Assembly: GCA_977017575.1 (NCBI GenBank)
Contig: CDRNVI010000188.1
Span: 1 to 64,000 of the forward strand
Direction of reading: 5' to 3'
Origin: Paramoeba atlantica
Taxonomy: Eukaryota; Protista; Discosea
DNA length: 64,000 bases
In this document: positions 11,101 to 20,100 of the stretch, piece after piece
How the letters are laid out: every line of letters starts with the position of its first letter
Position numbering within the stretch: position 1 is the first letter of the stretch
Program-made: the position numbers and the translations under genes
The notes under the pieces: generated by a model
What the model saw: the letters and a program-made list of their open reading frames with translations, nothing else
Database searches by the model: none
Told to the model about the DNA's origin: nothing

Positions 11101-14100
11101 ATAAATAAATAAATAAAAAGCAAACCAAACATCTCCAAAATAGTTCCAAAGTCGAAAATCATTTTCCTTTATCCCAAAAACTTGAACAACTTTATTTCTT
11201 ATATCAATAATTCTATCTTTTTTTGAAAGAGTTTGAAATGAGGGTTTCTAAAAGGCAGGAATCAACGCGATTTTTTTTTTTTTTGCAAAACTCTGGGCCC
11301 AGAATTTTTGCTGAGGGTGAAAACCCAGAGTTTTTTTATTTTAAAAAAAAATTCAAATAATTTCAAAAAAAATAAATTTTTTATTTTGACTAAAAAAACA
11401 AAAATAAAGATGAAGAGAATTCAAAATTTTGAATTGATGAATGTCACTTGAGAGATCTTCATAACCATCATTTTCTTCTGCAGAACAAATGGGAAAAGGT
11501 GATAGAATCTTGTTTCGAAGAGGACAAAGAGGAGAAAGTTGGATTCTATGGTTCATCAGAGAATAAACAATTAACAGAACAATAGTTTGCATCCGCACTT
11601 GAAGAAAAAGAGACAGTGGTTGCCTGAAAAGTGTGCACCAACCCCAAAAACATCTCAATCAATCCTCAAATTCACTGTCTGGCGATCATCCTTTCAAACA
11701 CAAAGCAAAAAACAAAAAACAAAACAAAAAATAAAACAAAAAAACACAAAAGCAAACACACACAAACAAAAGAAAAACACACAAACAAAAACAAAACAAA
11801 AGAGAAAGCAAAAAAAACAATTAAACAAAAGAACAAACAAACAAAAGCAAACACACAAACAAAAGCAAACACACAAACAAAAACAAAACAAAAGAGAAAC
11901 CAAAAAAAAAACAATCAAACAAAAGAACAAACAAACAAAAACAAAACAAAAACCGAAAGAACGAACCGAACAGAAAAAACGAAAAAGAACGCGCTCCTCA
12001 CCAAAGTAAGGTACCAAGTCTTTTCATTTTTTTCTTTTGAAAGAAAGACAGCAAGAAAAAAATCATAATATTTTTATGTGACAGAGCCTCGTTTTTTTTT
12101 GCTTTTTCTGTTCACGTTCCCCTTCTTGGTTTTCTTCTTTTTTTTTTCCTGGTTGGTTTGTTTTTTTTTGTTTTTAGTTGAATGAATTGTTATTTTATGA
12201 CTCTCTTGGGGGTTGTGAAGTTTCTGCTTTTGAGGTTTCTTTTTTTTCAATTTCTCCCCTCTCTCTCCCTTTCTCTCTTTTCCTTTCTTTTCAAACTGAA
12301 ACACCTTTTTAGAAAATCAAAAAGATGTCCTCAAAATGGAAGAAACTGGAGAAGGCAACCTGTGTTGAGGTAATATGTCCCAGCCAAGAGGTAATATGTC
12401 CAATCAAGAGGTAATATGTCCCAGCCAAGAGGTTTTTACATTTCTTTGAATGTTTTCTTTCCATCTTATGAATGAGCAGCAAAATGCAACTGAGTGTGGA
12501 ATTTTTTTATTAGCTTTTTGCTATTGTTTGCCTTTGAGATTCCACTCAAAAGTTTTTGTTTAAAACATGCACCATTCTTAGAAGGAAGATATTTGTGGAG
12601 TTGATAACACAAAAGATTATTCCACCATAAACCTCCCTCCGATTCAATTTCAGCAACCTCTTCATTTCCATTTTTCTCTTTTTTTTGTTTGAAATAAACT
12701 TTCAATTTTCCATTTCAATCTCATTTTCAAAATTTTGAATTTTTTTTTCAAAACGAAAAAACTCTGGGTTTTCACCCTCAGCAAAAATTCTGGGCCCAGA
12801 GTTTTGTGAAAAAAAAACATCAAACAAAAAAACTAGTTTTTTCGGGAGTTTTAGAAACCCTCAATGCCTTATTTTTTGGAAAAAAAGAAAAATTAGACAA
12901 TAATCTCTCTGAATTCTTTCTCTCTTTCTCTCTTTCTTTCTCTCTTTCTTTCTCTCTTTCTCTCTTTCTTTTCTCTCATTTTTCTCTCCTCGCCCCCTTT
13001 CTTCTCTTTCTCCCTCTCTCTCTCCAAAAAAGAAATACAAACTTCAGAAAAATCAGAAGATCGAACCAAACAAAATTTCAAAGGTCGAACTTCAACTTCC
13101 AATAAACCAGGACCATCTTGAATCACTTTTCGAGAGATTTCAGGCCCTCCTCCATACCTAAAATCATCTTTGTTTTGAGAAAAGAAAGAGAGGGAAGAGA
13201 GAGGGAATTGTGTATCTTTTCTCTTGTAAATGTAAGAAGAAGAAGAGATCTTTTTCTCTTCTCTTTTTCTTTTCTCTTTCTTGAAAAGAAAATGAAAACC
13301 ATAAGTGAAGGAGTTTCCATTGTTTTTCATGGAGTAAATGTCGATCACGTACATACCTTTTAAGGGAGAAAGAATGAGAGGAAAGGAGACAGGAAAAGAG
13401 AGAGAAGAAAGAAGAAAAGAAGAAAGAGGGGGAGAAAGAGAATACGGAGAACAAAAAAGAGAGAGAAGAGAGAGAGAAGAAAGAGAGAGAAAGGAACTCT
13501 GAAACATCTCCTTGTAAAGTGAGAAAAGAAGAGTTATCAATTTGTTTTGGAGGAGTGTTCAAATTATGATAATGATAAAAATCCAATCGATTTCTTGGTT
13601 CTTTGTACTTTGAATTGATATTATAGACATGAAAGGGGAGAGAGAGAGAGGGATAGGGGAGAGAGAGAAAAGGAAAGATTGTGAGGGAAAGAGAGAGAGT
13701 TAGAGAGGAAGGAAAGAAAAGATAGAAAGAAGAGAAAGGAGAGAAAAGAGAAAGAGAAAAAGAGAAAAACTCCAGTAAATTGCTTCCAGTGTTTCCACCA
13801 AAGAGAAGAAATCAAATACCAATCGTCTCCTTCTCTCTTCTCACTTTGGGAATGGAGATAAAAGAAAGCTTTTCTTTGTTCTTCTTTTGATGGCAATTCC
13901 TGTCAGAAAGAAGAAGAAGGAAAATTTTAGAAAAGAGAGGATAGAGAGAGAGAGGGAAAGGAGAAAAAGGGAGAGAACTGTTAAAATCCGGTTGTGGCAC
14001 TTCCCTATTTGTCCAATGATGATCCACTCATTTCCGCATCTTTCCCACGTCATCCTTTTGCCCTCATTTCGGTCTCTTCCTTATCCTCCTGGTCCCTTCC

Positions 14101-17100
14101 ATTGTTTTCCGTGTTCCTCAATTCGGTCCATTTCTCCACGGGTTATTATTTCCCCATGCGGGTTCACAATCTCATCTTTGGCACTATTTGCTGACGTGCC
14201 TGTGACTCCCTTGTGTGACTCCGATGACGTATTGTTGTGTGACACCCGTGACTATTGTTTTGTAAATAAATCACAATTTAATTTCCATACACAATTTGTG
14301 TTTATCAGATTAAGAGTCCTATATACTCTACCGATTTATTTTTGTGCTGCTACTATGTCTTCCCTGAAGCTTAAAGAGAAACAACACCTCTCCTCCAACA
14401 ACTATGACGAATGGTGTGTTGCGATGCTTGTCCTGTTTGACACCATCAATGGAAGAAAGTATGTTACTTCCCTCCATGAGGATCTCACTCCTGAGCAACG
14501 GATTGTTTCTGCCCAGGTCGCTGCTGCCATCTACTGCAATGTGGATGCCGAAAACAAGAAAGTTCTTGCGCCCTCCATTGCCTCTCAGGAAGCTTGCAAC
14601 CCCCACATTCTCTGGGACTTATTGCAGAAGAAGCACAACCCCCCAACCACTTCTAACCGCCACAACTTGAAGGCCGGCTTCTACTCCACCCAGCTTGATG
14701 ACACGGAGTCGACCGACCAATTTCTCACCCGTCTCAAGGCATCTGCTGATAAAGCTAATGCCATCACTGAGAAGCATCTTCGCCAGATGCGTGAAGCACA
14801 GGCTCAAGAACTGCGGTTTGCTTTTCCTCCTCCCTCATCGTCGTCAAAATCCTCCTCATCCTCTGGTCTTGGTTCCACTACTGGAAGTGACTTTACTCTT
14901 CACTCTTCCCTGGGCTCAACCGCCTTCAAGTCGAAGAAGAAGATTACTCAAGAAGACATCAAGGAGATACTGATTGACATTCTGGTCAATCATCTGGATC
15001 TTGCGAAGCCGATTTTGGAGACGTTTGGATTTGTTGGCGCTGGTTTGATCGTGGAAGATGACATGTTGTCGGTCCTCCTCACTTCCATTCACCACCGCTA
15101 TGAAGCTGTATACAATTATCTGGTTGGACAAAGTCATTTGACTTTCCCTGAAGCTCAGAACCATGTTATGGAGCATGCTTCCGATACATTTGAGTCGAAC
15201 GATCAACTCTTTGCGAATCGATCCTCACACGGAAAAAGAAGAAAAAGACAAAAAGGCGGTTCCAAATTAGGAAATTCCACCTTAACACCAACGCGTCAAC
15301 ACTTTTTCAAATTCGCGAAATGGCCATTTCAAAAGCAAAAAAATTAAAAAATAGGGACCATTTAAAAATTTCAAAGGCCGAAAATAAAAATTCGGACCCC
15401 CGAAAAAGAGATTTCGGAACCGCTTTTTTTGCTTTTTTTCTGTTTTCGTGAAATTTTTTTCCCCAATTTTCTGAAATTTTTCTGGAGGTGATGGGCCAAA
15501 AGAAGTGGGCTCATCGGGTTGTGAAACACCGGGAAGGATCAAAGATCGGTCGGATTGAGTCCTGGTTGGTACAAAATCGACAAATGGGAGGACCAACAGC
15601 ATTGTCGATCTGCCTCTCTGCTGTGTTTGGTGAGCCTGTCTCAAAGCAAGAAGTTTGGTGTGCACTGACGAACCTTCGATGGACCAAAAAACTAAAATCA
15701 CCTGTTGTTGGGTTTTCAATATTAAGTGAGCGACAGATCTATCTCCGTGTCCTGAAATCTTTGTGGTGTTGTGATGGGGCAATTGTTTTTGTGGATGAAA
15801 AAAAATTTAAAAAAAAAGAGATCGAGTCAATGCTGAATTATGGTTATGGACCTGTCAATGAGCGTCTTCCAACTCAGTTAAGGATATTTTTTTTTCTTGT
15901 GGTTGTATATTCTGAAATCTCCTCATCAGAGGGGGAATCCAGCATCATTTCTTGTTTTCCTGACATTTGGAAATTAATTTGTGACACCAAAGACAATCCA
16001 AACTTGAGGGGCAACACGTATTGCCATTTTGCCAAAATGAAATGTTTTCAATCGAATTGAATTTTTTTGAAATTGAAATTTTTCAATTGCCAGAAAAAGC
16101 AAAATTGAATTTTTTGAGATTGGATTTGAAATCAGGTTTCAAGGGTTCCGAAAAGTTGTTTTCAAAATTTCAGAGCTCTTTGAAAATTGAAAAAGTGTTG
16201 ACGCGTTGACGTTCTTTTTCACGTTCTCCTTCTGGTTCTTCTGGCTCCTCTGGCTTTGGCTCTGGCTCTGGTTCCGGTTCTGGCCCGAGTACTGGTCCTG
16301 GTCGTTTCGATTCAGGCCGTCCCAACCAACAACAATGCACCAATGGTCAGCGCAGATCTAACCAATCTCGCTCTCGCAATCCCTCCTCCTCTGGTTCCTC
16401 CAATCACCTGGGTTCTCAATCCCATTGTTTCCTTTTCTCTGGTGAGTCCCCCACATCAAATGAGTTGAACTTTATTGTTGATAGCGGATGCACAAGACAT
16501 ATTGTTGGTGCGAATCTATTACATGCTGTACATGATGAACATTCTGTTCGTCCCCGAACGATCTGTCTGCTTGACAACAAAAGATACACCTCTACACGTG
16601 CTGCAAAGATTACTTTTACCTCCACCGGTACTAAACATCAAGTAACACTGTTGGATGTAACAATTATCCCCAAGGTGTCCGAGTCGTTCATTTCTGTGAG
16701 CCAGCTGGCCCAGAAAGATGTATCCACATGTTTTATGAAGACTGGATGTCAACTGTATTACAATGATGAGTTGATAGCAATTGGTACGAAAGTTCAAAAC
16801 CTCTACCGCATCAATATCAGTTTTCCGGATGGTCGGCTCCTTGCGGATCAGTCCCCTGCTCTTTCTTCTTCTTCTTCTTCCTCTTCATCATCTTCTTCCT
16901 CTTGGCTTTCCACCTCTTACTCTCGCCCTCGCTCTTCTCGATTTTCTTCAATCATGGATCTGCATCGTTCCTTGGGTCATGCTAACCCTCGTCAACTGAT
17001 ATATGCCATGGAGAGTGATTCTATCCAGGGAGTTTCCCTAAATGATATTGAACGGGTGATCGAAAAATGTGATGCTTGTGCCCAGGCGAAAATGAAAACT

Positions 17101-20100
17101 CTCAAGAAGAATGGATCAAAACCCTCATCTGCTACTTACCCAATGGAATCACTTCAAACTGATTATGCTGGTCCTTTTTCTCCTACTCTTGCTGGTCACA
17201 GAGGTTTCCAAGCCACAATTGATGTCTGCTCTCGACGTGTTTTCTCTGACTTGTCCAAGACTCGAACTGAGAATTCTGACAATCTTGCTGATCTTGTGGT
17301 TGCTGGTGAGAATTTCACCGGAAATTCTGTGAGAACGATCCGTACTGATGGTGCTCGTGAGTACACCCACACCTTCAAGAAGTTTGCTGTGAAGAAAGGT
17401 ATCCAACTCCAACACTCCTCCCCTCACTGTCAATCCCAAAATGGTCTTGCGGAGCGAGCAATCGGAAAAATCTTGGATTCTTCTACTGCTATGTTGATTG
17501 AGTCGGGTCTTGCGCGTGGTTACTGGGGTTTTGCTGTAAAATACAGTACATTGATTTTGAACTGTACACCAACTGCTGCTCTTAATGGACGCACCCCACA
17601 TGAACAATGGTACGGTTGCCCTCCCAATGTTGATGTTCATCACCCATTTGGTTGTTTGGCTTATCGAAAGGTTCCAAAGAAGCAACACAAGAAGTTCCAA
17701 CCCAAAGGTGAGCGTTGTATTTTTCTTGGTATCCCTGATGGATATGCTGGCTATCTTATTCTCCGTCTCCGTGATAATAGACTCCTGGTCTCTCGAGATG
17801 TTCAGTTTAATGACAAAGTCTTCCCCAAACAGCATGACAAAACCCTTGAGCTTGATGGTGATGATGAAGGATATGATGCTTCTTTCCTTACGAGTGGTCA
17901 CAACAAGACACCTGCTGCCTTGGACGCTGTTGATTCCGATGAGAGTTCTGATGAAGACAATGAAAACCCATTCATTCCTCCTATGCCTGCCCCTAATCCT
18001 GTTGTGCAACCCAGTCCTCCTCCTGCTTTGAGGAATCCCTTTATGAATCCAAGCCCTCACTTGTCTCCTGATTCTTTGATGCCACTCACTCCCCACACAC
18101 CGATCTCAACCCCACCTGGTTTTCCTATTGGCCCAGCGTTAAATCAACCTAATGTTGCCCCTTCTCCTCATGTGTCTGCACCTCCTGGCCACACCCCAAG
18201 ATTGAGTGCCTTTGATCGATCTGTTCAAGAGTTGAAAGAGAATCCAAGGAGAAGAAGAGCTTTTGAAGCTAGTGGAAAAGCAAACCTAATTGTGGATGCC
18301 ACTGAGTCTGAAGATGTGGATTATCTTTATGTTCAACAAGTCTTGGATGACGCCCCAACTTCTTTTCGAGCTGCTGTGTCTGGTCCCAATGCTGAGAAGT
18401 GGATGGAAGCAATACAAAAAGAATTTGACGCCCTCACAAAGAATGGAACCTGGACGCTTGTCCCAATCCAAAGTCTACCTGCTGGTACCAAAGTACACCA
18501 ACCAATTTGGAGGTTTAGAAAGAAGCTTGATGGTCGATTTAAAGCACGGCTCTGTTTTGATGGTCGCCGCCAAATCCCTGGTATTGATGTGTTTGAAAGT
18601 TCCTCTCAAGTTCCCTCTCTCGAATCGGTTCGAGCGGTTATTACTGCCATGATACAACATGCTTCTCGTGTCGTACAACTTGATGTTTTAAATGCTTTTC
18701 TACACTCCACTGTGGATGTTGATATTTACATGAGACAACCTGCTGGTTTCTGCACCAATCCCAACCTTGTATGTAAATTGAACAAAGCGTTGTATGGTCT
18801 TGTGCAGTCCCCTCTTCTGTGGCAACAAGAGATCCATAGTACCCTAACAATTATGGATTTTCTGCAATCAGCATATTCAAACTGCATCTACTTCTACCGC
18901 TCTGGGGATACCTGGTGCTTGCTCATTGTCTATGTGGACGACATTTTGGTCGCTTCGAATAACACTTCATTTATTGACTCAGTTATTGGTTTTTTAAACA
19001 AGAGATACGGTGTTCGAGTAATTGAAGGAATCGATTTATACCTTGGAATCAAATGTGCATTTGATTCTGGTGCCAAGACAGTCCGCATGACCCAACCACA
19101 TGTTATTGAGAAACTTATTGAGCTCCTACAAACCCAATCCTTGAAGCCTGTGCCAACTCCTGCAAATCCAAATCACATTTTGGCCCGTGAAGGAGGCGAT
19201 CGTGTTGATATTACCAACTACCGCTCTGCAATTGGTACTTTGTTGTGGCTTGCACGCTGTACTCGCCCCGACATCCTGTTTCAAGTAATCCTCTTGTCCC
19301 AATTTCAAAAAGATCCTCGCATTGAGCACTGGGGAGCCATCAAGCATCTGGTTCGATATTTGATGGGCACTCTCAACCTTGGTATCACAGTTAATCGAGA
19401 TAATGACTCCTCCTTTACCATGATGACGGACTCAAGTTTCGGTGATATCCAATTGGATCGCAAGTCTGCTTCTGGCTGTGTTGTTTTCTTGAGTGGAACT
19501 CCGGTGGTTTTCTCCTCCAACAAACAGAAGTGCACTGCAACAAGCTCTGCAGAGGCTGAATATATTGCGTTGAGTGATGGAATGAAAAAGCTGATGTGGA
19601 TTATCAATCTTGTGAATGAGTTGAATACCCTTGGTTTTAACTATCCTCCTGTTCCCACTGTTTTCACTGACTCACAACCTGTGATTGCCTTGGTCAAGAA
19701 GAATGATCCTGAGAACTCTCGTCTACGCCACATTGATATTCACTGCCATTGGATTCTGGAATTTTTCCACTCTGGTCGCACTCACATTGATTACATCAAA
19801 ACGGACTACAACATTGCGGATATTCTGACCAAATCGTTCAAGTCAAGTGGGAGGTTTAAATGGCTAAGAAGTTTTATTGCTGATTGAGTTAATTTTTTTT
19901 CTGCTGATGATTCGTGGTGATCAGTCATTGCGGGGGTGTGTTAAAATCCGGTTGTGGCACTTCCCTATTTGTCCAATGATGATCCACTCATTTCCGCATC
20001 TTTCCCACGTCATCCTTTTGCCCTCATTTCGGTCTCTCCCTTATCCTCCTGGTCCCTTCCATTGTTTTCCGTGTTCCTCAATTCGGTCCATTTCTCCGCG

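Noticed and set aside
12367-12428. 21-bp direct repeats resembling a mini-CRISPR
   Set aside because: The repeats are contiguous with no spacers, there are no cas genes, and the context is a eukaryotic transposon.
15295-16195. Possible splicing-out of the nested IS630/Tc1-like element (GT at 15295, AG at 16194-16195) leaving 21 nt in frame
   Set aside because: The retained TIR end creates an in-frame TGA at 16207-16209 and the acceptor lacks a pyrimidine tract, so gag-pol would not be restored without readthrough.
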